Shown here piece after piece: positions 33,691 to 42,759 of a DNA stretch of 64,000 nt (position 1 is its first letter; every line of letters starts with the position of its first letter). This DNA comes from a virus (Duplodnaviria > Heunggongvirae > Uroviricota > Caudoviricetes): IMG/VR virus record IMGVR_UViG_3300048573_000453, positions 32,421-96,420 of that record; one strand, written 5' to 3'. The notes beneath the pieces were generated by a model. It worked only from the letters and a program-made list of their open reading frames with translations. It did not search any database and had not been told where the DNA came from. Made by a program: the position numbers and the translations under genes.

Positions 33691-34908
33691 ATCTATAAAA
33701 CTCACTAAACGCTTCACAGAAGCTGCCTTTGGAAGAACTTCCTTAGGTCTTACTGCCCCTCCACGTCTGTACTCGGTTAATTCAGCCGAGGTCATGTCAT
33801 AAAGGTCCTTTACACCTTCATTTAAAATATTGATAGCCGCATTTAAGTCGCGATCATGGCTTGAGCCGCATATTGGGCATGTCCATTCTCTTATGGATAA
33901 ATCCATCGTTTCCATTTTATGGCCGCAGCAAGAACACGTCTTACTCGATGGGAACCAAGTATCTATCTTATGAAATGTGCGGCCATACCACCTACTTTTG
34001 TATTCCAGCATTGAAATAAAAGTGGACCAACTTGCATCAAGTATGGATTTTGCCAAACTATGATTCTTAACCATGTTTTTAACTTTTAGAGTTTCAGTAC
34101 AAATAACATCGTAATTTTCTATTAACCAACTCGACAGGTTATGGTAAATGAACTTGCGCTGATTTACAATATCCCTATGGATTTTCGCAACTTTGATTTT
34201 CTGTTTATTGTACCTTTTAGAACCCTTTGTTTTTCTGCTTAAATGCTGCTGTGACCGTTTTAGTTTAGATTGGTTTTCTCTGAACCATCTTGGATTGGAA
34301 ATTTGCGTACCATCACTTAAGATGAGCAAGTTTTTCAATCCGAGATCAATACCGATTGAGCGACCAGTATTTTGTTTCAATTCTATTTCTTCTTCAACTA
34401 AAATTGAAACAAAATATTGCCCACTTGGATTTTTAGAAATTGTGACAGATTTTGGTTTACCAGTAAAAGGTCTATCTATGATTACTTTTACTGGAGACAT
34501 TTTTGGAAATTTAATAAAACCTGCTTTAATTTGTTCAAATTTTTCTAAATGCATTGAAGCCGCAGGAATCCTAAATGATTCATTGCCACCCCGCTTTTTA
34601 AATTTTGGTCTTCCCAGTTTAGCTTTACGGTTTTTAGAGAAAAATTGCTTTTTGGTTTCATCAAAATCGATTCGTTTTTGCTGCAAGGCATAACTAATAG
34701 CATCTTTAAGCCATGGAAAGTTCTCATCATCTTTCAAAATCTTCTCATTCATTGGTCGGTTTGGGCCTTCTTTTGAAAAAGAATTAAAATTGGCAACTAA
34801 CTGATTCCAAATGAAGCGAACACATCCAAAATTTTGGAGAAGAAATTTCTCTTGCTTATTATTAGGATATATTCGGTACTTAAAAGCCTTAAGAACTGTA
34901 TTTGTCAT
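33673..34908 (-). CDS. tnpB: TnpB (OrfB) RNA-guided-nuclease-family protein of an IS607/IS200-605-type element
   Basis: N-terminal KYRIYPNNKQEKFLLQNFGCVRFIWN; zinc finger CSCCGH...CPICG; RuvC-III DRDLNAAINI. Confidence 0.85.
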   Translation of the reverse strand: MTNTVLKAFKYRIYPNNKQEKFLLQNFGCVRFIWNQLVANFNSFSKEGPNRPMNEKILKDDENFPWLKDAISYALQQKRIDFDETKKQFFSKNRKAKLGRPKFKKRGGNESFRIPAASMHLEKFEQIKAGFIKFPKMSPVKVIIDRPFTGKPKSVTISKNPSGQYFVSILVEEEIELKQNTGRSIGIDLGLKNLLILSDGTQISNPRWFRENQSKLKRSQQHLSRKTKGSKRYNKQKIKVAKIHRDIVNQRKFIYHNLSSWLIENYDVICTETLKVKNMVKNHSLAKSILDASWSTFISMLEYKSRWYGRTFHKIDTWFPSSKTCSCCGHKMETMDLSIREWTCPICGSSHDRDLNAAINILNEGVKDLYDMTSAELTEYRRGGAVRPKEVLPKAASVKRLVSFIDFYRTA

Positions 34909-35501
34909 TTTTCTGAATCGTTAGCTAATTCTTGAACCAATTTTTCCGTATTCCGTTTGCTGCGGCGCTGTCCATAAATTCTTGCGCAAAAAGATGTAAT
35001 GACGGACACAAAATCCTGAACAATGTCTTCTTTATCTGACTCTACATTATTCACTACATCGATTTCAATGCCATTAGAATTTAATAGCTGTTCAATATAA
35101 TTGAAACCGAATCTAGTCAGCCGATCCTTATGTTCAACTACTAATTTAGTAAAATCCTGTTCCTTAAGAAGCTTTTCCAGTTTTGGCCTCTTATCATTTA
35201 GTCCAGATCCAAATTCTGTAACGACTTTAGCAACTTTGTAACCTCTAGCGTTACAATATGAAATCAACCTTTCGGATTGAGTCTCAAGATTAGATTTATT
35301 TGCAGTCGAAGAAACACGACAATAAATCACTACGCGTTCTTCTTCCTTGGCCTTTATACCAAGGAATTTGTTGTAAGTTTCAATATCAACATAATTCATT
35401 GAACCAATTTTATGAAATTGTATTTTTCCAGCCTTCTTCCAATTCCACAGCGTCATCCTGGTTACACCAAGATCTGCAGCAAATTTTTTAAGTTTAATCA
35501 T
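34905..35501 (-). CDS. tnpA: IS607-type serine recombinase transposase TnpA (MerR-like HTH + resolvase catalytic domain)
   Basis: VIYCRVSSTANKSNLETQ catalytic Ser region; ...VTEFGSGLNDKRPKLEKLL...VVEHKDRLTRF. Confidence 0.8.
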   Translation of the reverse strand: MIKLKKFAADLGVTRMTLWNWKKAGKIQFHKIGSMNYVDIETYNKFLGIKAKEEERVVIYCRVSSTANKSNLETQSERLISYCNARGYKVAKVVTEFGSGLNDKRPKLEKLLKEQDFTKLVVEHKDRLTRFGFNYIEQLLNSNGIEIDVVNNVESDKEDIVQDFVSVITSFCARIYGQRRSKRNTEKLVQELANDSEK

Positions 35502-35557
35502 TTGATTTCCTATATAAGATATATTATATTTATACTTTTATTTATAGGAATTGAGAT

Positions 35558-35965
35558 TTAAATATAATATTGGGTAAAATCTGAAACAATAGTAAATCCG
35601 TATCGCGCCAAAACTACGTAAAGCGCCATTGCTAATCCCTGGGTTTGAAACTTTGCGTGAGTATAAACAGATTCAACTTGCAGCTCATTTTCTACTGGAA
35701 GGTTTGAACGGTTATTAAAACGCACTTTAGTTATAGTTAATTGACGAGGTTGGCCAATATCGTCTACGCCTGAAGTAGTAACTTCGGCATAAAATTTACC
35801 CTTATTTAGCCAAAAATGGTATTCAGTTCCACCTTTTTCAAGGGTTCCCAAAAAATCATTCATACGACGCAAATTTTCAAGAGATGGATAATTGTCCATC
35901 TTGATAATGGGCCTCGCATCTTGGTCCATATGATATGGGCCCTCAAAAAGTTCTTGGGTTTTCAT
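35558..35965 (-). CDS. paralog family B protein, 3'-truncated by the IS insertion (start at ATG 35965)
   Basis: MKTQELFEGPYHM... aligns to MKLSTLFEMPYQL...; ends ...SDFTQYYI* where intact paralogs continue. Confidence 0.55.
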   Translation of the reverse strand: MKTQELFEGPYHMDQDARPIIKMDNYPSLENLRRMNDFLGTLEKGGTEYHFWLNKGKFYAEVTTSGVDDIGQPRQLTITKVRFNNRSNLPVENELQVESVYTHAKFQTQGLAMALYVVLARYGFTIVSDFTQYYI

Positions 35966-36078
35966 GTCAATTTTTATTTTAGGTCTTGATTTAACTGCCA
36001 GTGCGTCGGTTTCCCAACGACAGTTTAGCAAACTGCTCCCTTAACCAACTTAACCACTCGTGCAAAAATCCATTTTTT

Positions 36079-36156
36079 TGGTGCCGCTTATCTGACTCGA
36101 ACAGGCGGCACCTATTGCTTACACGGCACGTACTCTTCTAACTGAGCCAAAGCAGC
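36079..36156 (-). tRNA. tRNA-like, 78 nt with CCA, degenerate anticodon arm (possible pseudogene)
   Basis: Acceptor GCTGCTT/AAGCGGC; D-arm GCTC-AGTTAGAA-GAGT; T-loop TTCGAGT; anticodon stem not convincingly pairable. Confidence 0.4.
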
Positions 36157-36162
36157 AATAAC

Positions 36163-36238
36163 TGGCTCCCTAGCGTGGGATCGAACCACGGACAACTTGA
36201 TTAACAGTCAAGCGCTCTACCGACTGAGCTACTAGAGA
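36163..36238 (-). tRNA. tRNA-Asn(GTT)
   Basis: D-arm GCTC-AGTCGGT-AGAGC; anticodon arm CTTGA-CTGTTAA-TCAAG; T-arm CGTGG-TTCGATC-CCACG; CCA encoded. Confidence 0.85.
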
Positions 36239-36246
36239 ATAAATTT

Positions 36247-36324
36247 TGGTTGCGGATGCTGGATTCGAACCAGCGACCTCTTGATTATGAGCCAAGTGAG
36301 ATAACCATGCTTCTCTAATCCGCA
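36247..36324 (-). tRNA. tRNA-Met/Ile2(CAT)
   Basis: Acceptor TGCGGAT/ATCCGCA; anticodon arm CTTGG-CTCATAA-TCAAG; T-arm GCTGG-TTCGAAT-CCAGC; CCA encoded. Confidence 0.8.
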
Positions 36325-36337
36325 ACAAATTTAAAAT

Positions 36338-36412
36338 TGGCGTCCCTACCTGGAATCGAACCAGGTCCTGCAGCGTGAAAGGCTATCGATCTAACCAGTA
36401 ATCTATAGGGAC
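36338..36412 (-). tRNA. tRNA-Glu(TTC)
   Basis: Acceptor GTCCCTA/TAGGGAC; anticodon loop CTTTCAC; T-arm CCTGG-TTCGATT-CCAGG; CCA encoded; 4-nt variable loop. Confidence 0.75.
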
Positions 36413-36536
36413 AAAAACTTTAGTCATAGAATTTAAAATCCTTCGAACTAAGTTTTAACGTAATGCGCATTACGCAAAATTTCGTATGCAGTGAATATCT
36501 ATTTATAGTGCCCACAGCAAATGCTCTTCAATAATT

Positions 36537-36956
36537 TTATAATTCTTCAAATAAATTTTCGAATTCACCAGAGATGCAAATTACATCATTTGACTCGGAA
36601 ATTTCCCCAGTTAGTCTGCTTCTTAAAGCGGTTTTAAGTGCTCTAGGATCACTCAACTGTCGAAATTCGAATTGCACTTTGAGGTGCCGGAATGCAGTAT
36701 TTATTGCACGGAAAACAAAATCATGCACGTTAAGCATATGGTCTATTGAGACGACATTTGCCGTGCTGAATGAATACAATGGAACTCCTCCGCAAAGACG
36801 GTGTTCGTCTTTTAGGACCCTAAAAGTTATTTCAGGATCTTCTGAACTCATTTCCACTAAATGCGATAGAAACGTACTAAGCTTAAGTGGCTCAATGTAT
36901 TCGCGCCTTGGCAAAGATGACCAAGCATAAACTTCATAGCACGTTTCTTTTCGCAT
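36537..36956 (-). CDS. hypothetical protein (139 aa)
   Basis: ORF. Confidence 0.45.
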   Translation of the reverse strand: MRKETCYEVYAWSSLPRREYIEPLKLSTFLSHLVEMSSEDPEITFRVLKDEHRLCGGVPLYSFSTANVVSIDHMLNVHDFVFRAINTAFRHLKVQFEFRQLSDPRALKTALRSRLTGEISESNDVICISGEFENLFEEL

Positions 36957-36971
36957 CTGTCAACCCTAAAA

Positions 36972-37277
36972 TTATGCTAGCGCAATACCGGTAGTTTGTT
37001 CAAGATACTGGCGAGTGACTTCAGCGTCAGTATCCACAACACACATGACAAATGTTGCTGGAATATCTACTTCACGCAAAGTTGGGTTTGAAAGCGTCCA
37101 AGGCATAAATGCCAACCCCATTTGCCCCGAATTTCCAAATGGGCGAAATTGTAATGTTTGTGGTTTACTAACCCGATACGCAGCAACATTACTGTCAAGA
37201 GTTGCAGAAATTTTAGAAACAAGCGTAGCAACAACTTCTTCACCAGACACCAACTTCAAAGTAACTACATTAGACAT
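36972..37277 (-). CDS. hypothetical protein (101 aa)
   Basis: ORF. Confidence 0.45.
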   Translation of the reverse strand: MSNVVTLKLVSGEEVVATLVSKISATLDSNVAAYRVSKPQTLQFRPFGNSGQMGLAFMPWTLSNPTLREVDIPATFVMCVVDTDAEVTRQYLEQTTGIALA

Positions 37278-37357
37278 AAACTATGATCTCCAAAAGGTTA
37301 AAAATAAGACTTGAGCAAGTCAATGTTATTATACCATGTTTATCTGAAGATGTAAAC

Positions 37358-37642
37358 TTATTGTTTTGGGCGGCGAACACGTTTTGTCTGTAGAGCCTTT
37401 TTAAAAATTGACTTAACATCGGGAACAAACTTTGCTGCAACAAGAGCGTCTATATGAGTCTGATTAATAAAAATTTGTCGATGTGGCAGAATGAGCCCAA
37501 GATTTGTTCGAACGAAGTCGCGAACGAGTAATGTGTCAACTTTACCAAATTGATCTGAGTGGCAATAAAAGATGAACAATAAGTTGAGTTCAAGTTCTGA
37601 GTAGTTGGGCAAGATTGATCCTTCACTGTTTAACGTACACAC
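37358..37642 (-). CDS. hypothetical protein (94 aa)
   Basis: ORF. Confidence 0.4.
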   Translation of the reverse strand: MCTLNSEGSILPNYSELELNLLFIFYCHSDQFGKVDTLLVRDFVRTNLGLILPHRQIFINQTHIDALVAAKFVPDVKSIFKKALQTKRVRRPKQ

Positions 37643-37701
37643 TTACTATTAGTGTGAAGAACTTTTTAAATTCCATTTGGTATTTATCGAGTGCACAAAA
37701 C

Positions 37702-37729
37702 AAAAAAGCGGACATTTGTCCGCTTTCGT
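37702..37729 (-). terminator. rho-independent terminator (minus strand)
   Basis: GCGGAC-ATTT-GTCCGC hairpin followed by TTTTTTGTTTTG on the minus strand, just after the stop of 37749..38084. Confidence 0.7.
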
Positions 37730-37748
37730 TCTTATTAGGTTTATGTGC

Positions 37749-38084
37749 TTAACTAATCTTTTTTGGCTTCAAATCGTTTATTCCAATGCTTTCAAGAACT
37801 TCAGCAATCCCAAGTGCAAGTTGATCTATAGGGGATTCCTTATGCTCGCCTTCATCATTCATTAGCTCGCGAATATTGTACTCGTTGATAATACCATGTA
37901 AAACTTCATGAAGCACTAGACGTAATTCGCGCTCGGGGCTAGTCTTCAAAACCCTAATCGAGTGCTGCAAATAACTTATCTGTCCCCACAATTTTTGACC
38001 GCTGCCATCATGGCAAACATCTAGTTCGCCTTTAACGGTTTTAATCTTATACGGAATGCCGCCAATCTTTATTTCTGTTCGCAT
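37749..38084 (-). CDS. small HExxH zinc-metallopeptidase-like protein
   Basis: LVLHEVLHGI (HExxH) motif. Confidence 0.4.
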   Translation of the reverse strand: MRTEIKIGGIPYKIKTVKGELDVCHDGSGQKLWGQISYLQHSIRVLKTSPERELRLVLHEVLHGIINEYNIRELMNDEGEHKESPIDQLALGIAEVLESIGINDLKPKKIS

Positions 38085-38101
38085 AATTTCTCAGTAAATT
38101 T

Positions 38102-38821
38102 TTAATCGTCTGATGACCAAATTGAAGTGCTAATTTTCTTCGTGCTAAAGTCTATTTCAACACTGACGCCTTTTGTATGGCCCCACTTATCGTCTACTGC
38201 CGATGTAGTAAAAGAAGAAACTACGTAACCAGTTTCAAGCGAATGTTTCACAAATGGCGTAAAACTTTGAACTGTAACCCCCAGCATAATAAAACCATTA
38301 TCTTTAAACCAATCAAACGCTGCTTGGTTTTTATCAGCCGCATTTTTGATAATCTTTGGAAGTTGGTCCATTGCGTCCTTAGCAATTTCTGGCATATTCG
38401 AACGCAATTCTTCTTGAATCTGTTTAACAATGCCACTTTTGTATTCCAAATGCATATCTAGAATCGTTTTGTTAAGTCGCTTCAGGCCATCGCTATTGTC
38501 AAAATCTGAAACAGCAAAATAAATCGCTGACTTCACTTTAGGGCTGGAACCCTTTAGCATATAACCAAGAACCTTCTTATTATCTTTCTCAATCGACACC
38601 CGTTTTAGATTGCCAATCGCGACTGTATTTAAACTGGCAACCACTGGAACTTCATGTTCGATACCATCATTGCACTTGACCATAACGGTTTGGTCTGAGA
38701 TTTTCAGGCCCATTTTTACCGCATTTTGTATAGGGTAATTAAACAGCTCACGAGTGCTTGAAGCCTTCATTCGCATTTCGCCTGTTGAAATATGAAATTC
38801 TGGGGTGTCTTGAATGTTCAT
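38102..38821 (-). CDS. hypothetical protein (239 aa)
   Basis: ORF. Confidence 0.5.
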   Translation of the reverse strand: MNIQDTPEFHISTGEMRMKASSTRELFNYPIQNAVKMGLKISDQTVMVKCNDGIEHEVPVVASLNTVAIGNLKRVSIEKDNKKVLGYMLKGSSPKVKSAIYFAVSDFDNSDGLKRLNKTILDMHLEYKSGIVKQIQEELRSNMPEIAKDAMDQLPKIIKNAADKNQAAFDWFKDNGFIMLGVTVQSFTPFVKHSLETGYVVSSFTTSAVDDKWGHTKGVSVEIDFSTKKISTSIWSSDD

Positions 38822-38824
38822 CTT

Positions 38825-39568
38825 TTAATCCAAACTAATAGTTAATGCCTTACATGATGCACCAAATTTTAAAAATTCAGATACATCAAGCGTAAGGATA
38901 TTATACCCTAGTTCTTTGAGCTTTCTTGACAACGCTTTAGAAAATTTAGAACCTATAATACTTTGGCCGACACAGATAGAATTGCAGACTAAGCCTAGAG
39001 CATCTTCACGTGAAATAGCTATCAATTTATCATCGAACATTTGTTCAAGCACATATTTCGAATGGTTCGAAAATGCCGCAGGAAAATAAAGAGCGTGACC
39101 ATCAGAAAGTATGCATAAACATGTATCTAGCGTTGAGAACACCGGATCTGCAAGTTCAAGAGGGCGAACTAATAAATCAGTCGATTCTAAAATTTTATCC
39201 AACGCAAACTTGCCATCTAGCAAAGTCTCGTATCCAAATCCCAAGAATAAATTATCCCCGTCGATAATGACGTCTCTTCCAGAGAAGGCTGCGTGTTCTT
39301 TCCCAATAATTGCAAACGAACGAAATTTTGGTTCTGCCCATTCTAAAAAGTTGCATTCAGAACTGGAAATAAAAGTGTCGCCGATAATGATTCCCGCATC
39401 AGCGCAAATAGAAGACTGCACAGGAACACTTGGCACAATAACATCTACCCCAACAGAGATAAGAGCATTACGTAAATTGGCCCACTGTTTTGCCTGTAAA
39501 GTCCTGGTCATTGCCATTTCTTTCGGCGCATCATTTGTTGGAGTAAACATTAAAAACTGCTTTGTCAT
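38825..39568 (-). CDS. amidinotransferase/DDAH-superfamily-like protein
   Basis: Conserved Cys near the C-terminus (GASCKALT) and overall pattern; weak. Confidence 0.3.
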   Translation of the reverse strand: MTKQFLMFTPTNDAPKEMAMTRTLQAKQWANLRNALISVGVDVIVPSVPVQSSICADAGIIIGDTFISSSECNFLEWAEPKFRSFAIIGKEHAAFSGRDVIIDGDNLFLGFGYETLLDGKFALDKILESTDLLVRPLELADPVFSTLDTCLCILSDGHALYFPAAFSNHSKYVLEQMFDDKLIAISREDALGLVCNSICVGQSIIGSKFSKALSRKLKELGYNILTLDVSEFLKFGASCKALTISLD

Positions 39569-39607
39569 TTATTTCCTTAGGTTTCTATTTGTCCTATTGT
39601 GGAAGTC

Positions 39608-39634
39608 ATAAAAGCTCACTTAAAAGTGAGCTTT
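39608..39634 (-). terminator. bidirectional rho-independent terminator
   Basis: Perfect palindrome AAAAGCTCACTT/AAGTGAGCTTTT. Confidence 0.65.
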
Positions 39635-39638
39635 TGAA

Positions 39639-39830
39639 TTATGCGCCTAAAATATGTTTTTCAAATTTAGCCGCAAGAGCAGAAATCTGAGCATCCCTAA
39701 CAGATGAACCTGTATCTGGTGCATAAGCTAATTCAGCTTTCCAAACATCTATTGCAAGTGCGATAGAGATAATTTTTACTTCTTCTAAAGAAGGAATTTT
39801 CCCGCTAATTGTGAAATTTGATGAAATCAA
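39639..39830 (-). CDS. hypothetical protein (63 aa)
   Basis: ORF. Confidence 0.4.
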   Translation of the reverse strand: MISSNFTISGKIPSLEEVKIISIALAIDVWKAELAYAPDTGSSVRDAQISALAAKFEKHILGA

Positions 39831-39920
39831 TTTTGTCCCCTAAGAAAAATGCAGTAACAGAAAATACCGTTACTGCATTATAAACTTTAATTAAATTGTT
39901 GTAAACTTATTTGCAGCCAG

Positions 39921-40490
39921 TTACCGAAGTTTCATCGGCTCTTCTTTTCCTGTTTCAAACGCATTATCTGCTCGCGCGGTTGAAACAATCTTATACTCAT
40001 CCAGATTCAATTTGGGAAATCCAGCAATTCGCAACCATGTGCCTGTCCAGAAATACCCAAGGGAAGTTTCATAACTTCGCTTGATGTCGAGCATCGCAGT
40101 TTGGCTATTCTTAAATTCATCACGACCAGCTTCAATCGACTGTTGAATCCGCAAATAAACTTTGCTATCAAGTTGCGGATTTTGTTCTTGGATCCACTGC
40201 ATGGTTGCTTTGGAACCGCCTTCACCATAGCGACCTTCAATCGCAGCGGTAACAACTTCTTTCAAATCATTCTTCATCATCTCCGGAACTTGAACCATCT
40301 CGGCAATCTTTTGGCCATATTGAGCAAGTACGTTTCGGTTATCATCACGCTTTGCTTTGAGTTGGGCTTCAATCGTTACCCCGTGGTTGTTTGCACTAAC
40401 ATAGCTGCCGAATGCAATGCCTGCTAGGCCTCCCAAAAACACTAAAACAGCCAGCAGCACAATAATCATTCCACCAATTTGCTTTTTCAT
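39921..40490 (-). CDS. LemA family membrane protein
   Basis: N-terminal TM segment then LemA-like conserved segment (GSYVSANN...QLKAKRDDNRNVLAQYGQKIAEM). Confidence 0.5.
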   Translation of the reverse strand: MKKQIGGMIIVLLAVLVFLGGLAGIAFGSYVSANNHGVTIEAQLKAKRDDNRNVLAQYGQKIAEMVQVPEMMKNDLKEVVTAAIEGRYGEGGSKATMQWIQEQNPQLDSKVYLRIQQSIEAGRDEFKNSQTAMLDIKRSYETSLGYFWTGTWLRIAGFPKLNLDEYKIVSTARADNAFETGKEEPMKLR

Positions 40491-40515
40491 TTCATTTTCC
40501 TTTAAAAGTCAACAT

Positions 40516-41673
40516 TTACCAAAGAGTTCGAAAAATACTAAATTTGCTAACTCGGCTGCGGTAGCCATAACTACTGCGAATTTCGCTATTCACGAAGAAC
40601 ATAACCAACCCAGCAGACATCAATTGTAACACGACCAACGCCATTAACACCCAAGAAGGTGGATCAATTTCATTTTCTAAATACTTGAACTCCTTCATAG
40701 AACGACGAACAAAGTTTTTATCTATTTGCGAAGCGATCGCAGGAATAACCTTTTCGCGATCCGCAACATTTAGGGATTGTATCGTATCACGCAATTCAAC
40801 TTTAAAGATCTCGCTTTTCGACCAAGTGATAATTCTTACCCAATCAATTTTTGGCCATTCTGACGTTCCCATGACAACAACGACATCATTTTTATTTGCA
40901 TTGTCCCAAGCTGTGCGCAGCGTGTATTCATAATTTGGGTCATTAGACTTCACAGCAACAACGACCGCATTAACTTGCTTTGACGGGCCACGGTCTTTAA
41001 GCATTTCGCTGATGTCTTCATTCCACTTGCTTGCATCAGGAACAGAAACACCTGGAGTCAAAAACCGATTAATTTTGTAAAAATCAAACGTGGAATCTGG
41101 ATAAGTAGGAATCAAGTCCTTAAACTTTTCCGTAAGTGATGCAGGAGAGGGAGCAAACAATGTCTGAGGAACAGCCTGAACATAGTTTGTGTACGACATC
41201 GCTTTTGCGACTGGTTGTCCCGGTTCAATTTCCAGCCAGCGTTTTGGGTCTGGGAGATTGTATACACGCCGATTGCCCCAATCCTCTTTTGCAATTTTAT
41301 AGTCGCCGACTGTGGTGTCACAGTTCCAAGTTACAGTATAGCGATCCTCGTAACAGGTGTCACAGGCCTCAGAACAAGAACGATTTTGCCCGGACCCACT
41401 ACAAACCTGTCGGCAATTACACGAATATGGTCGCTGATAAGAACCGTGAACGCGTTCTTTATTAAGGACTTTGCCATTCCAAATTTCAGTATCACTGGTT
41501 TGGACACCAGATGAAATAAGAAACGAAGCAATAGTAATAAGAGACCCAATCACTAGAATTGACAATGCTGAAATTGCGCTATATTTCCATCCGTGGTTTT
41601 TAAAGTAAATTGCAGAACCACCGGCCAAAGCCAGCGGAATTAGCATAAACCAAATCATCGTCAAGTTAAACAT
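40516..41673 (-). CDS. membrane protein with TM segments at both ends and a Cys-rich ectodomain (DUF2207-like partner of LemA)
   Basis: CNCRQVCSGSGQNRSCSEACDTCYEDRY Cys cluster; gene order after LemA. Confidence 0.4.
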   Translation of the reverse strand: MFNLTMIWFMLIPLALAGGSAIYFKNHGWKYSAISALSILVIGSLITIASFLISSGVQTSDTEIWNGKVLNKERVHGSYQRPYSCNCRQVCSGSGQNRSCSEACDTCYEDRYTVTWNCDTTVGDYKIAKEDWGNRRVYNLPDPKRWLEIEPGQPVAKAMSYTNYVQAVPQTLFAPSPASLTEKFKDLIPTYPDSTFDFYKINRFLTPGVSVPDASKWNEDISEMLKDRGPSKQVNAVVVAVKSNDPNYEYTLRTAWDNANKNDVVVVMGTSEWPKIDWVRIITWSKSEIFKVELRDTIQSLNVADREKVIPAIASQIDKNFVRRSMKEFKYLENEIDPPSWVLMALVVLQLMSAGLVMFFVNSEIRSSYGYRSRVSKFSIFRTLW

Positions 41674-41690
41674 CGTTGGGTCCTAAATGT

Positions 41691-41942
41691 TCAGGGTTTA
41701 ATTTTTCGCTGAGGTCGAAATGGTGAAGAAATTGAAACTTCTGGGCATTTCATTAGGTCCACTGAAATTTCAACAAGCATTTCATCAGGTCGCAACTTAA
41801 TGTCATGCTTATTTGTAAACTTCTTCGCACTTAAAGGTTCATCAACAAACTCAGCAGCGAATGCAGTCTTATTATACCCTGAAAAGTAACGACCTGCTGA
41901 GGTACGAACAACGTAAAGCGTAACATTGGACAAATTTTGCAT
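41691..41942 (-). CDS. hypothetical protein (start at internal ATG 41942)
   Basis: The longer track ORF overlaps the upstream gene. Confidence 0.4.
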   Translation of the reverse strand: MQNLSNVTLYVVRTSAGRYFSGYNKTAFAAEFVDEPLSAKKFTNKHDIKLRPDEMLVEISVDLMKCPEVSISSPFRPQRKIKP

Positions 41943-41955
41943 CTTATTCCTCTTT

Positions 41956-42759
41956 TTAAATTGTGAAAACGTTTGATGGATGGAAGCCGTTATTTTTAAA
42001 TTTTTCATTAGGGTACCCGACAGGGTTACACACTAGTTGAGTGCGCCCTATTGTCCCATTATAAGCATCATGTGTATGACCGAAAAACCAATAAGCTGGC
42101 TGATGCTTTAAAATGAAAGCATCTAAGTCGCTTGCGAATGCCCCATTTAATGGACTATCACCATATTTTGCATGGACTGCTTTGTAGGTAGGTAGGTGAT
42201 GAGTGACAATTACGGTCTTTGAATTGTCTTTGCCCTTCATTAATGTTGACAATTTTCGCTTACAACTTGCGTGCATTTTTTGTGCTGTGTCCGGAGTAAA
42301 AGCTCCACTTCCATCAAAAATATAAGCATGATCATTCATCTGAAAAGCCGCTGCGGACTTCATTTCTTCTGGGGACTTTTTGTAGTCGGTCCACATAGTG
42401 GCAGCATGAAAAGTTACTTCGTCAATGACCACAGTTTTTACTGTGTTTCCTGCAATGGTCAAATTGCTGTTTGGCAAATTAAGTTTTAAAATGCCTTCTG
42501 TTAACGAAATGTCAAAGCCATAATGTTCGTGATTTCCCAAGACATAAATGACATGTTTAAAACGTGAACAAAGGCTATCTACAAATCCGGCCAATAAGTT
42601 TGCACGTCTAGCCGTCCCAATATCACCAGCAATAATAAGGACCGTTTCATGATCTGTAGGAAGCGCAGGAATTATCCTTGCAGCCTCGCGTCGAATCTCT
42701 TCAGGATCTTTAATGAACTCTAGGTGAATATCACTTAGTTCGCGAATCAATAAAGTCAT
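41956..42759 (-). CDS. calcineurin-like metallophosphoesterase
   Basis: AGDIGT ... GNHEHYG ... VTHHLP ... GHTHD motifs. Confidence 0.7.
   Translation of the reverse strand: MTLLIRELSDIHLEFIKDPEEIRREAARIIPALPTDHETVLIIAGDIGTARRANLLAGFVDSLCSRFKHVIYVLGNHEHYGFDISLTEGILKLNLPNSNLTIAGNTVKTVVIDEVTFHAATMWTDYKKSPEEMKSAAAFQMNDHAYIFDGSGAFTPDTAQKMHASCKRKLSTLMKGKDNSKTVIVTHHLPTYKAVHAKYGDSPLNGAFASDLDAFILKHQPAYWFFGHTHDAYNGTIGRTQLVCNPVGYPNEKFKNNGFHPSNVFTI

Larger units (their letters stand above)
33673..35572 (-). mobile_element. IS607-family insertion sequence (tnpA serine recombinase + tnpB)
   Basis: tnpA/tnpB overlap by 4 nt; ends bracketed by the interrupted family-B gene (N-part ends at ~35566, C-part resumes at ~33690). 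Confidence 0.75.

Noticed and set aside
35502-35557. T4 late-promoter-like TATAAATA motifs upstream of tnpA
   Set aside because: The region is extremely AT-rich, so chance matches are likely; not enough to call a promoter.
35966-36078. N-terminal extension of ORF 35558..36031 and a tRNA-like fragment over the same region (D-loop-like AGTTGGTTAA, hairpin CAGT-TTGCTAA-ACTG)
   Set aside because: Paralog alignment puts the real start at ATG 35965. The upstream segment has tRNA-like pieces but no pairable acceptor stem, so it is not called as a tRNA.
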